Assembly (NCBI GenBank): GCA_964648415.1
Contig: CAZYOC010000003.1
Span: forward strand, 1-48,832
Direction of reading: 5' to 3'
DNA length: 48,832 nucleotides
DNA from: an uncultured bacterium
GTDB lineage: Bacteria; Electryoneota; Electryoneia; Electryoneales; Electryoneaceae
Below the pieces are notes generated by a model. The model searched no databases. It was given only the letters and a program-made list of their open reading frames with translations, and had not been told where the DNA came from. The stretch's first letter is position 1, and the number at the start of each line of letters is the position of its first letter. The translations under genes were made by a program, and so were the position numbers. Shown here in pieces: positions 1-8,395 of the stretch.

Positions 1-55
1 GTGTTTCCATAGTTAACATGTTGTAGTATATAGACATGTCTGGATTCCAGCCTTC

Positions 56-257
56 CAGACTGTATCACAATAGAAACAGCTCTCATTCCAGCGAAGGCTG
101 GAATCCAGGCAAGGTGCAAGAATATAATAAGTTAGCGCCTCAGAACCAGAGTAGTTTCGATGATGGGTTTTCATAGCTAACATCTTGTAGTATATAGACA
201 TGTCTGGATTCCAGCCTTCGCTGGAATGAGATTCCTCTCGCATTCTGCGACAGTCTG
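56..257. mobile_element. Complete 202-bp MITE-like element nested in the hairpin of another copy (outer copy truncated by the window start, 1-55 and 258-272)
   Basis: Termini CAGACTGT...ACAGTCTG. Flanked by CTTC at 52-55 and 258-261. Perfect 27-bp internal inverted repeats at 82-108 and 204-230. Closely similar copy at 36574-36776. Confidence 0.8.
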
Positions 258-273
258 CTTCGTGGGGATGAGA

Positions 274-296
274 GTAGCACGGGCGTCCCGTTCGTG
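274..296 (+). repeat. GTAG-type REP palindrome
   Basis: GTAGCACGGGCGTCCCGTTCGTG, differing at 2 positions from the reverse complement of 33335-33357. Confidence 0.6.
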
Positions 297-476
297 AATT
301 GAGTATGTATTCTACAGTCCGTGATTTTCCCCGGACGGCGAGTATCTCTTTGTTGAAGCACCATCAAGTAGATTTCATTGTTGGAATCAGAGCAGAGTCA
401 TGCTTTTCACACCAAGCTGCCCGGGGCAAAGCCGCTCAATATAGGCAAGACGCGCCACCAGAAGCATTCCTGCGGT

Positions 477-1298
477 TCACTGCCTCACCAGCCGCAGGAA
501 TTTCTGCGCCGCGCGGCCATCGGTGTAGAAATAATCCACCTGTTTGACCGCTTCGAGGTAATACAGCCGAGCCTGGTAGAGCTTGGCTTCCCGGTAGCGA
601 ATCATGGTCGGCAGGCTGAAGACTGAAATGTCTACCTTCATGTCGCTTTCATGGTCAGCAGGTTTGATCAACTCGCTGTCGGTGATGATGTCCCCCGCCT
701 CCGACACAGCCTTCACACCCGGATCCTCGAAATCCAGCCAGGTGTAATCCATGTACACTTCGCCCGGACAACGCCGCAGCTCCTCATAGAGTTTCGTCCG
801 CATCTCCATGTCGTCCTGCTCGAAATCCACCAGCAGGAACAGGTCGATGTCCGATTCCGGAGTGCAGTAGCGCCGGGGATGCACCCAGTCTCCGCGTTTC
901 AGGACCGCCAGCAGCCAGGGCTGCGCCGTCAGGTCGTCGAGGTACTTGCGGACGTTAAGCTCGAACCACGCTTGCAGCTGTTGCCTCCGCGCCGCTGCTT
1001 TTTCCAGTTCCTCCTTGTAGACACGCGCGGTCGTCTCCTCCCCCAGGCCCAGCACCACAATATCCACGATCCGGTCATCCTCCCGCTCCGGGTACCACAT
1101 GGGCGGAGTCCGGTAGAGCTGGAACACGGGCGGTTTGCCCTTCATCCTCAGCAGTGCGCGGATATCCTCGGCGAGGGCGGGCCGCTCCGCCTCCGGCGCG
1201 TCCGTCAGTTGCGCTTCCACGTAGCCGGAAGTCCGTTCCATCACCCGGTACAACACCAGCGGCTGTTGGCGATCCCGTATGTACTCGAACAGTTCCAT
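477..1298 (-). CDS. Nucleotidyltransferase-fold (Pol-beta superfamily) protein, function unknown
   Basis: 273 aa ORF with GC3-rich codons. Motif LKRGDWVH...ESDIDLFLLVD resembles hG[GS]x9-13DhDh, with a likely third Asp in KVDIS. Confidence 0.6.
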   Translation of the reverse strand: MELFEYIRDRQQPLVLYRVMERTSGYVEAQLTDAPEAERPALAEDIRALLRMKGKPPVFQLYRTPPMWYPEREDDRIVDIVVLGLGEETTARVYKEELEKAAARRQQLQAWFELNVRKYLDDLTAQPWLLAVLKRGDWVHPRRYCTPESDIDLFLLVDFEQDDMEMRTKLYEELRRCPGEVYMDYTWLDFEDPGVKAVSEAGDIITDSELIKPADHESDMKVDISVFSLPTMIRYREAKLYQARLYYLEAVKQVDYFYTDGRAAQKFLRLVRQ

Positions 1299-1424
1299 CC
1301 TGTCCCCTTATGCAACCTGTCACCCCTCCCGGGGTAATAGCATTTCGCATCGGAATGGCGTACATTCCCCGCTGAAAGAACGGGAGAAAGAGACGGCAAC
1401 GCAACCGCCCCAGGGAGAGGAACC

Positions 1425-2600
1425 ATGGAGAATCTGATCTATCTCGACAACGCCGCTACGGCGTGGCCGAAACCACCGGAAATGTATGATTTCATGACGG
1501 AATTTTACCGCAACAACGGCGTCAATCCCGGACGCAGCGGGTTCGACATGGCCATCGGCGCCGGCGACCTGGTGGAGAATACCCGCAAGAAGATGGTCGA
1601 GTTCTTCCATGGCGATTCGCCGGAGCGCGCGATATTCACGTACAACGCCACCGACGGGCTGAACCTGGTCATCCAGGGCATCGTGGAAAATGGCGATCAC
1701 GTCATCTCCACCAACCTGGAGCATAACAGCGTCCTGCGCCCCCTGAACGTGTTACAGCGGAACGGTGTCTGCGAGGTGACCTACCTCCCCTTCAACGAGA
1801 AGGGCTTCATCGAACCGGAGCAGGTAAAGGCTGCGCTGCGTCCCAACACGAAGCTGGTAATCATCAACCACGGTTCCAACGTGATCGGCACGATCCAGGA
1901 CCTGGAGGCCATCGGCGAGGTGGTGGCGGACCACAAGTGTCTGTTCGTGGCGGATGTCAGCCAGACCGCGGGCGTGATCCCCATCGACATGCACGAGATG
2001 CAGCTCGACGTCATCGCCTTCACCGGCCACAAGGCGATGATGGGCCCGACCGGGATTGGCGGCGTGATTGTACGCGATCATGTCCACATCAACCAGACCC
2101 GCGCCGGCGGCACCGGGGTGCGTTCCGCTTACCCCTACCATCTGGATGAGTATCCGTATCGCCTGGAATACGGGACCGTGAACCTGATCGGCATCGCCGG
2201 CCTGTTCGCCGGGCAGGAATGGATCGCCAGGACCGGCCTGGCCACTATCTACCAGCACGAGCGCAAGCTGCTGAGCAAGTTCGTGGAAGGGATCCGTGGG
2301 ATTGATGGCCTGGTCGCCTATGTTTGCGAAGACCTGACCGATCATCTGTCCACGGTGTCGATCAACATCGAGAATATCGAAGCGATGAACGTGGGAATCA
2401 TGCTGGATGTGGACCACGACATCGCCACACGAACCGGGCTGCAATGCGCGCCGAAAGTTCACGAGCAGATCGGTACGCTGGATCTTCACGGCACGGTGCG
2501 TTTTTCCATCGGTGCGTTCAATACGGAAGAGCACATCGACAAGGCGATCGAAGCTCTGAAGGACATCTCGGAGACCGCGCCGCGTATGCCGCAGCACTGA
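1425..2600 (+). CDS. Cysteine desulfurase family protein (class V PLP aminotransferase)
   Basis: YLDNAAT, EHNSVLRP, HGSNVIG, PLP lysine FTGHK, and catalytic Cys in RTGLQCAP. RBS GGAGAGG upstream. Confidence 0.92.
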   Translation: MENLIYLDNAATAWPKPPEMYDFMTEFYRNNGVNPGRSGFDMAIGAGDLVENTRKKMVEFFHGDSPERAIFTYNATDGLNLVIQGIVENGDHVISTNLEHNSVLRPLNVLQRNGVCEVTYLPFNEKGFIEPEQVKAALRPNTKLVIINHGSNVIGTIQDLEAIGEVVADHKCLFVADVSQTAGVIPIDMHEMQLDVIAFTGHKAMMGPTGIGGVIVRDHVHINQTRAGGTGVRSAYPYHLDEYPYRLEYGTVNLIGIAGLFAGQEWIARTGLATIYQHERKLLSKFVEGIRGIDGLVAYVCEDLTDHLSTVSINIENIEAMNVGIMLDVDHDIATRTGLQCAPKVHEQIGTLDLHGTVRFSIGAFNTEEHIDKAIEALKDISETAPRMPQH

Positions 2601-2649
2601 TCGGTTATACGGGTATTACTGAAGTTGAGTGTTCGAGCGAAACGATTCG

Positions 2650-3198
2650 CTAATGGATCGGCTTTGGCATACCTGGTGTTTTTGCGGGTAGTGAATCGGG
2701 CGGCATTTCCGTGACCACGAAGGCCAGCTTTTCAACCTCCAGGCCGTAGTACAGGTCAACCGCAACCGACTCAGGAGTTACCATCACCAGAGTATTGTCC
2801 GGGGAGAAACGGACGACATGGTATCCCGGCGGGAGCTGACGAATCAACTTGTGTGAACGCCCCACCAGCTCGTCGTCCACCCAGACATCGCCCGGAACGC
2901 CGCCGGTCTGCACGATGATTTTTGGAGCGGTGAAGCGGATCACAAAGAACACCACAACCGCGACCCCGAAGAACAGGAAGTTAATCACCATCATCCGTTT
3001 CCGGACACGATTCATCTTCTCGGGATCACGCTGCCAGGCGGTCGCCATCCGGCTGCGACGCTGTTCGCGACTCGAGGCGCCCTGCTGCTCGTCTCGTCGC
3101 TGCGCCTGAATCCGGCTCGTCTCACGGGTGAATGGATCCCCAGGCGGGACATCGATTCGTGTACGCTTTCGGTCCGGTTCTTTCCTGGATTCAGTCAC
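2650..3198 (-). CDS. Single-pass membrane protein with PEGA-like domain
   Basis: Hydrophobic segment INFLFFGVAVVVFFVI followed by PGDVWVDDELVG...LPPGYHVVRF. Start placed at GTG 3198 after GGAGGGGAG; the start is uncertain. Confidence 0.65.
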   Translation of the reverse strand: MTESRKEPDRKRTRIDVPPGDPFTRETSRIQAQRRDEQQGASSREQRRSRMATAWQRDPEKMNRVRKRMMVINFLFFGVAVVVFFVIRFTAPKIIVQTGGVPGDVWVDDELVGRSHKLIRQLPPGYHVVRFSPDNTLVMVTPESVAVDLYYGLEVEKLAFVVTEMPPDSLPAKTPGMPKPIH

Positions 3199-3280
3199 CT
3201 CTCCCCTCCGCAGCAAAGCCTGTGAGCGTAATGGTACGCGCTGATCCCGCCTTCCGCAAGGCTTTCACCGGCTTCCAATC

Positions 3281-3296
3281 AGGCACGGTGCTTGCA
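3281..3296 (+). promoter_or_regulatory. Putative sigma54 (-24/-12) promoter
   Basis: AGGCAC-GGTGC-TTGCA matches GGCAC-N5-TTGC. It lies about 240 bp upstream of the 3539 CDS. Confidence 0.55.
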
Positions 3297-3538
3297 AATA
3301 CTTCAGGCAGAGTTCTTTGGCAAGCGGCCCGCAGAATCGACAAAGGCTTGTTTTTTCAAACAATGAGATCGATACATGCTGTGGTATATCAACCACACTG
3401 TCACGGGGGAGGCGTCAGGTGGACGGGAGTTCAAGTTTACTTCCCCTCCCTATTGGAGCTGAGCGGGCGGCGGGATATTTTGCAACAACAGCGATACGAC
3501 GTAAAACCAAACAGCATAGAAACCCAGGAGGGGCCATC

Positions 3539-4738
3539 ATGGGCGCAACCTTCAGACAATTGCTGACCGGCATTCTCGCAGCGAGCCTCGTGGTAAGCTT
3601 CGCGAGCGGCCTGTTTGCGCAGATCACTCCCATCGACGAGAACACGGTTTGGGTGCAGGCGCAGGGCCGAGCCGAGAAGGACGGCGACAGCCACAAGCGT
3701 GAAAAAGAGGCGCGTGACAACGCCAAGCGCAACGCCATCAACCTGCTGGTCAACGCCATCCTGACAGATCAGCAGGAACGTGAAGCCTACCGCGCCATCG
3801 AGGACCAGTTCCTCGCCGACTTCGAGCAGTACATCCTCGACGTGATCCCGGAGCGGAAGTACATCGACGCCAGGCGCCTGGTGATGGGCCTCAAGCTCAA
3901 GGTTAACAAGGATCTGGTGCGCCAAAGACTGGTCGACTTCGGCGTGATTACCAGCGCGAAAGAGAGCCGGATCGCTCTGGACCGCTTCACCATCATGCCC
4001 TACCTGGATGAAGAAGCCTCTTCTTCTGAAGCGCTGCAATGGAAGGATCTGTTCTATACCCGTTTCCGCGCCTTCTTCGAGGACCAGGGCATCCCCACCA
4101 TCGGCTACGATGAAGTCATGGCGACGGAAGGCGACGAGGAGATCCTCGCCAAAGCCAAATCCAGCACCGCCGACAGCGACGAGGAAGACCTGGCGCTGCA
4201 GATCGCACGGAATACCCCCGCCGACATCTATGTCAAGATCGTGGCCCGCATCGAGCACGGCCAGTACCGCGGCAATAATGTGGATAAAGTGATCCTGACC
4301 GTGGGCGCCTACAATGTGATGACCGGCGAATTTATCGGCAGCGGCGAAGGCTTCAGCGAACCCATGTCTTTGTCGAGCTCGGGCACTACCATCGCTGCGG
4401 GCATCGACCAGGCCATGAACGCCGCCATGAATTCCGTAATGGACCGCATCACCAGTTTCTGGCGGGACTTCGTGCGCCACGGCCGCCCGGTCAAACTCAT
4501 CTTCACCGACTTCAGCTTTGGTGAACGCGGCCAGATCAAGCAGATGCTCGAACGGATCACCAACGACCAGAAGCTGATGAAGCAGGCCGGCAACGTTACC
4601 GAATACATGGTCTGGTACGACGGCGACGTGCAGGACCTGATGTACAAGGTCTACGAGGAAGGTCAGTTCGAGGGCAAACTCGCGGAAGACCCGTCGCTGA
4701 TTTCCAACACCATCCGCTTCTATCGGAAAACGGAATAG
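3539..4738 (+). CDS. Secreted protein with FlgT_N/LPP20-like N-terminal domain
   Basis: ATG 3539 after AGGAGG. Signal peptide ends GLFA|Q. VQAQGRA...EARDNAKRNAI is the FlgT_N/LPP20-type pattern. Confidence 0.6.
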   Translation: MGATFRQLLTGILAASLVVSFASGLFAQITPIDENTVWVQAQGRAEKDGDSHKREKEARDNAKRNAINLLVNAILTDQQEREAYRAIEDQFLADFEQYILDVIPERKYIDARRLVMGLKLKVNKDLVRQRLVDFGVITSAKESRIALDRFTIMPYLDEEASSSEALQWKDLFYTRFRAFFEDQGIPTIGYDEVMATEGDEEILAKAKSSTADSDEEDLALQIARNTPADIYVKIVARIEHGQYRGNNVDKVILTVGAYNVMTGEFIGSGEGFSEPMSLSSSGTTIAAGIDQAMNAAMNSVMDRITSFWRDFVRHGRPVKLIFTDFSFGERGQIKQMLERITNDQKLMKQAGNVTEYMVWYDGDVQDLMYKVYEEGQFEGKLAEDPSLISNTIRFYRKTE

Positions 4739-4753
4739 CGTCTGATAAAGCTG

Positions 4754-4882
4754 TGTCGTGTCGGATCCTTAGCGCAGTCTGCGGAGATCTGACACCGGAG
4801 CAAGAAGAACCAAAGCAGACCTGTCGTGTCGGATCCTTAGCGTCGTCTGCGGAGATCTGACACCGGAGCAAGAAGAACCAAA
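4754..4882. repeat. Two 61-bp direct repeats (68-bp period), each an imperfect hairpin
   Basis: 4754-4814 and 4822-4882 differ only at 2 central bases. Stem GTGTCGGATC...GATCTGACAC. Confidence 0.85.
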
Positions 4883-4908
4883 CGAGTGTCGACATAAAGG
4901 AGCGCAAC

Positions 4909-6051
4909 ATGAACGGGAAAACAGTTATCCTAACTGCGCTTGTCATAACGGCGCTGATCGCCCTGGTGAGCGTCTCGCTGGCGCAGGCGACCATTGTGGA
5001 AGTAGACGGCTACGGGCAGACGTACGACGACGCCCTGCTGGACGCCAAGCGCACCGCAGTGTCGGTCGTCATGGGGCAATACGTGGACAGCAAGACCCTG
5101 GTGCAGAACTTCGCGCTGCTGTCCGACCGTATCCTGACCAGCAGCAGCGGGTATGTGAAAAGCTACGAAGTACTTGAAGAGGGCCAGGTTGGCGGCAGCT
5201 ACCGGCTGAGGATCCGCGCCGAGGTGGCCTCTACGACCATCCGGGACAACATCGACGCCATCGCGGTGTTGCAGGCGCACCAGGGCAACCCCCGCTTCGT
5301 GGTCGTGCCCGATCCCAACCCGTTGGCCGACTATTTCCGCCCCAACAACGAAGCGGTCCTCGAAAGCCAGCGCGCCATCGAGAGCTACCTGGCTCAGCGG
5401 CAGATGAACGTGGTTCAGGCCCCGATGGGGTACAGCGGCGGCGCGGTGAGCGGCAGCGCGGATATGCTGCGCGACCTTTCGCAATACGCCGCCGGCCTTG
5501 GCGCCGAATACGCGGTGTACTTCTCGGTAAAAGGAACCGCCAAGGGCAAGAGCCGGACTTTTAAAACCGCCACGACGATTGTAAACGTGACCATCGTAAA
5601 CACCGGCACATACCGGATCTACGCGCAGGAAGACGGCCGGGCGGAGGCGGGGGACGATACCGCCATCAGCTTCGCGTACCAGAAGTCCGCACGCGAGGCC
5701 GCCACTAAAGCCACGGCGGATGCGCTCGACAAAGTCCTCGCCGACTGGAGCCGCACCGGCACCACTGCGGGGAGTGCTTATAGCTTGATCATCGAGGGCG
5801 TAAACGGCGAAGACCTGGTAGCTTTCGAGGGCGCACTGGACCATAGCGGAGCTGTCAAACAGGTGACGCGCCGAAGCTACTCGGACAATGAAGCTTTTCT
5901 TGAGGTGACAGTAGACGGTTCCATCCAGGAACTTGGCGCAGCGGTAGGAATCGCTCTTGAGGAACAGGAATTCGACTGGGCGCTGGTGGCCTTCGACGGA
6001 ACCACGCTGACCTATCGCGTACCCATCATGTTCAAGGCGCAAAAAGAATAG
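4909..6051 (+). CDS. Secreted protein with flagellar assembly protein T N-terminal (FlgT_N)-like domain
   Basis: RBS AAGGAG. Signal peptide VSLA|Q. VEVDGYG...ALLDAKRTAV...SKTLVQNF...SSGYVKSYEVL is the FlgT_N/LPP20 pattern. Confidence 0.7.
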   Translation: MNGKTVILTALVITALIALVSVSLAQATIVEVDGYGQTYDDALLDAKRTAVSVVMGQYVDSKTLVQNFALLSDRILTSSSGYVKSYEVLEEGQVGGSYRLRIRAEVASTTIRDNIDAIAVLQAHQGNPRFVVVPDPNPLADYFRPNNEAVLESQRAIESYLAQRQMNVVQAPMGYSGGAVSGSADMLRDLSQYAAGLGAEYAVYFSVKGTAKGKSRTFKTATTIVNVTIVNTGTYRIYAQEDGRAEAGDDTAISFAYQKSAREAATKATADALDKVLADWSRTGTTAGSAYSLIIEGVNGEDLVAFEGALDHSGAVKQVTRRSYSDNEAFLEVTVDGSIQELGAAVGIALEEQEFDWALVAFDGTTLTYRVPIMFKAQKE

Positions 6052-6075
6052 CTGGTTAAGCAGGCTGGACATGAT

Positions 6076-6110
6076 TGACGGCTTTCCGAAAGGGAGCCGT
6101 CATTTTTTTT
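6076..6110 (+). terminator. Intrinsic terminator between convergent genes
   Basis: TGACGGCTTTCC-GAAA-GGGAGCCGTCA followed by T8. Confidence 0.8.
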
Positions 6111-7230
6111 CGGCTATCAAACGCAGGTAAAGGGCCTCGTGTTCATCGAGGAAACGATCACGGTGAAAGTATGTTTCAGCTCGTTTACGAGATTCATGCG
6201 CCATCTCGATACGCTTTTCGCGCGGCATGGTCAGCATTCTCCTCATGGCCTCCGCGATGTCATCCGGATCCTTGGGGGCAATGAAGAATCCATTTACATC
6301 TTCATCAATCATGAGCTTCAGGTCCGAAACGTCGCTGACCAAAAGCGGCAGGCCGCTGGCCATGGCTTCACAGACCACGTTGGGATACCCCTCGCCATTC
6401 GAAGCAAGGACAAACACATCGCTCTCACGCAGCAATTCCGGAATATCGGATCGTTCGCCCAACAACAGAAACTGATCCTCAATGCCGTGTTCACGGATAA
6501 TCGCATTCACGTCATCAAACGTAGGATTGGGCTGCCCATGGAGAAGATCACGCACCGTCCTGCCAGCCCAGCGGAACTTCATATTGGTATTACCTTCCTG
6601 CTTCAGTTTCGCCACCGCTTTCGCAATGCTCACTGGATTCTTGTACGGATGCAGTGTGGCGACACAGATGAAGCGTACATGATCCGATTCGCCACGCATA
6701 CCCTCTGCCGGATAGAAACGCTCCAGATCAACCGTATTCCAGATCGTGGAGACTCGATCCCGCAGATGGGGGCGCTGGGCTTGCATGATTGCCATGCTGT
6801 TGCGTGAATTATGCACAATCCAGTCGCTACGCGATTCCATCAGATGATAGAGCTTCTGCCTTGTCTTCGATATGCCATCCGGAGACCAACCGTAGGTGCT
6901 GCGTTCAGAAACCACCGTGACATACCGGTGTGGCAGCAGGGACAACAGTTGCGCCATGAGCGCCGAACCACGCAGATAGGCATGAAGCACATCGGGCTGT
7001 ACCTGTTTCAACCAGAAGTAAGTATTTCGAATGCGAGCGAAGTAATTCGGGCTCGCCAGATACGTCACCTCAACACCGGCCTCGATCAATTGCGCCTTGA
7101 AAAAATCACCGGGCAGATGCACGGCGATCTTAACCTCGTGTCCGCGCCGGCTCAACCCGCAGGCCAACTCGGTGATTTGACGCTCCGCCCCACCGGATGT
7201 AAGAGACTGTATCAACAAGGCAATTTTCAC
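6100..7230 (-). CDS. Glycosyltransferase family 4 (GT-B, retaining)
   Basis: SLTSGGAERQ at the N-terminus. EGYPNVVCEAMASGLP provides the EX7E motif. Confidence 0.92.
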   Translation of the reverse strand: MKIALLIQSLTSGGAERQITELACGLSRRGHEVKIAVHLPGDFFKAQLIEAGVEVTYLASPNYFARIRNTYFWLKQVQPDVLHAYLRGSALMAQLLSLLPHRYVTVVSERSTYGWSPDGISKTRQKLYHLMESRSDWIVHNSRNSMAIMQAQRPHLRDRVSTIWNTVDLERFYPAEGMRGESDHVRFICVATLHPYKNPVSIAKAVAKLKQEGNTNMKFRWAGRTVRDLLHGQPNPTFDDVNAIIREHGIEDQFLLLGERSDIPELLRESDVFVLASNGEGYPNVVCEAMASGLPLLVSDVSDLKLMIDEDVNGFFIAPKDPDDIAEAMRRMLTMPREKRIEMAHESRKRAETYFHRDRFLDEHEALYLRLIAEKK

Positions 7231-7352
7231 AGCCCAGCTTTCCCGACGTTTTCACCGTTTTCACTCTCAAGCAGCTCTCTGGATCATCGCCGCCATGCCC
7301 TCTTTCAAACGATGCAGGGCGTCGTCAAGATACGACATCCAATTCCGCTCGG

Positions 7353-7385
7353 AAAGAAAAAACCGATGTTCCTGATGAACACCGG
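7353..7385 (-). terminator. Intrinsic terminator after the flgM-like gene
   Basis: Minus strand CCGGTGTTC-ATCAG-GAACATCGG followed by TTTTTTCTTT. Confidence 0.7.
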
Positions 7386-7416
7386 CGGTTGCCTGCATTG
7401 GATAATCCGCGCTGAC

Positions 7417-7896
7417 CTATTCTTCCGGCGGAGCCTGGTTAGGTAAGACCGCCCTGGTGACTCTGTCTGCTGTCTTGTCAACAACATCCGGCCGGTCATA
7501 GTACGCTTCGTTTACACGACGATTGACCACGTCCAGATTCTCCGCCGGGCCGGTTTCTTCCACGGTGTTGCGCACCAGGGAATCGGTCAAGGCGTCCATG
7601 ACCTCAGGGCGGTCGTAATAGCCGTCCTGGACACGCTGCTTGATGCGGGCCAGTTTGTCTTCACGGGAGGCCTCTTCGACATCGGCGTACGCCTCCATAT
7701 GGAGCTGAGCGAGCTCCTGGTAGCGTGCGATCTCGGCGGCGTCCACCGAAATCCGGCTCTCATCCGCATGGGGCGATGAAGCAGGCTTTGTATGCTGAGC
7801 GTCCGGTGGTTGCGCCTTCGAGGATTCTTCCGACCGTGTCACATGGCCGGGACGAATCTTCATGGGCTGCGACCCCTCCGGTATTCGGTCTACCAT
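7417..7896 (-). CDS. flgM: FlgM-like anti-sigma28 factor with duplicated C-terminal motif
   Basis: ISVDA motif and REDKLARIKQRVQDGYY...ALTDSL, followed by a second similar motif. RBS GGAGG. Lies downstream of fliS. Confidence 0.6.
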   Translation of the reverse strand: MVDRIPEGSQPMKIRPGHVTRSEESSKAQPPDAQHTKPASSPHADESRISVDAAEIARYQELAQLHMEAYADVEEASREDKLARIKQRVQDGYYDRPEVMDALTDSLVRNTVEETGPAENLDVVNRRVNEAYYDRPDVVDKTADRVTRAVLPNQAPPEE

Positions 7897-7950
7897 AGTC
7901 TCACCTCCGGTCTGAGGCGTATATCAACATCCGACAGGCCTGGGGAAAGG

Positions 7951-8340
7951 TTATGCGGATGCTGACTTCTCTTGCTTACGCACCTCGTTCCATGCCGAGC
8001 GCAAGTCACGGAGCATTCGGGCGACGGGCTCGAGCCGGTCCGCATCGCCGTTCGCGTTCGCCATCAGCAGCTCGCTTGTGAAGAACCCGTATAACCGATC
8101 CAGGTTCTCGGCGATTTCGCCACCCGCCTTTTTGTTCAGGGAGTTGCGAAGCTCGCTGATCAGATCGAACGCCAGGTCGAAATGCCGCACCCGGTTCTGA
8201 TAATCCTTCGTGCGGATGGCGTGAGCAGCGCCTTCCACCGAACGGATCGCCGCATCGTAGACCGAAACCACGAGCGACCCCGGGTCCGCCGATTCTGCCT
8301 GAGTGTTCTCGTACTGCGCGTAGGGATTAAAGCGCGCCAT
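7951..8340 (-). CDS. fliS: Flagellin export chaperone FliS
   Basis: ADPGSLVVSVYDAA...ELRNSLN...GGEIAENLDRLYGF...LRSAW. Confidence 0.95.
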   Translation of the reverse strand: MARFNPYAQYENTQAESADPGSLVVSVYDAAIRSVEGAAHAIRTKDYQNRVRHFDLAFDLISELRNSLNKKAGGEIAENLDRLYGFFTSELLMANANGDADRLEPVARMLRDLRSAWNEVRKQEKSASA

Positions 8341-8395
8341 GTTGAGCCTCACTGTATAACGTACAAGAAAGCAAACGTTTCTTCAAGTATCTCCA

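Noticed and set aside
131-181. GTTAGC...GCTAAC as an integron attC site
   Set aside because: The core sites are in the wrong order (GTT before AAC), and there is no cassette or integrase.
13-626. Short ORFs 13-243, 140-367, 299-547 and 378-626
   Set aside because: They overlap repeat DNA or the antisense of 477-1298 and have no recognisable motifs or RBS.
3300-3538. Riboswitch (for example c-di-GMP) in the long leader
   Set aside because: I could not see any consensus aptamer motifs, only short palindromes. An Rfam scan would settle it.
4754-4882. 61-bp direct repeats as a mini-CRISPR
   Set aside because: There are only two units, the repeat is too long and the gap is only 7 bp.
7897-7955. 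Sigma28 promoter for the flgM-like gene (similarly 38160-38190)
   Set aside because: There are only partial matches, with no good -35 and -10 at 15-bp spacing.
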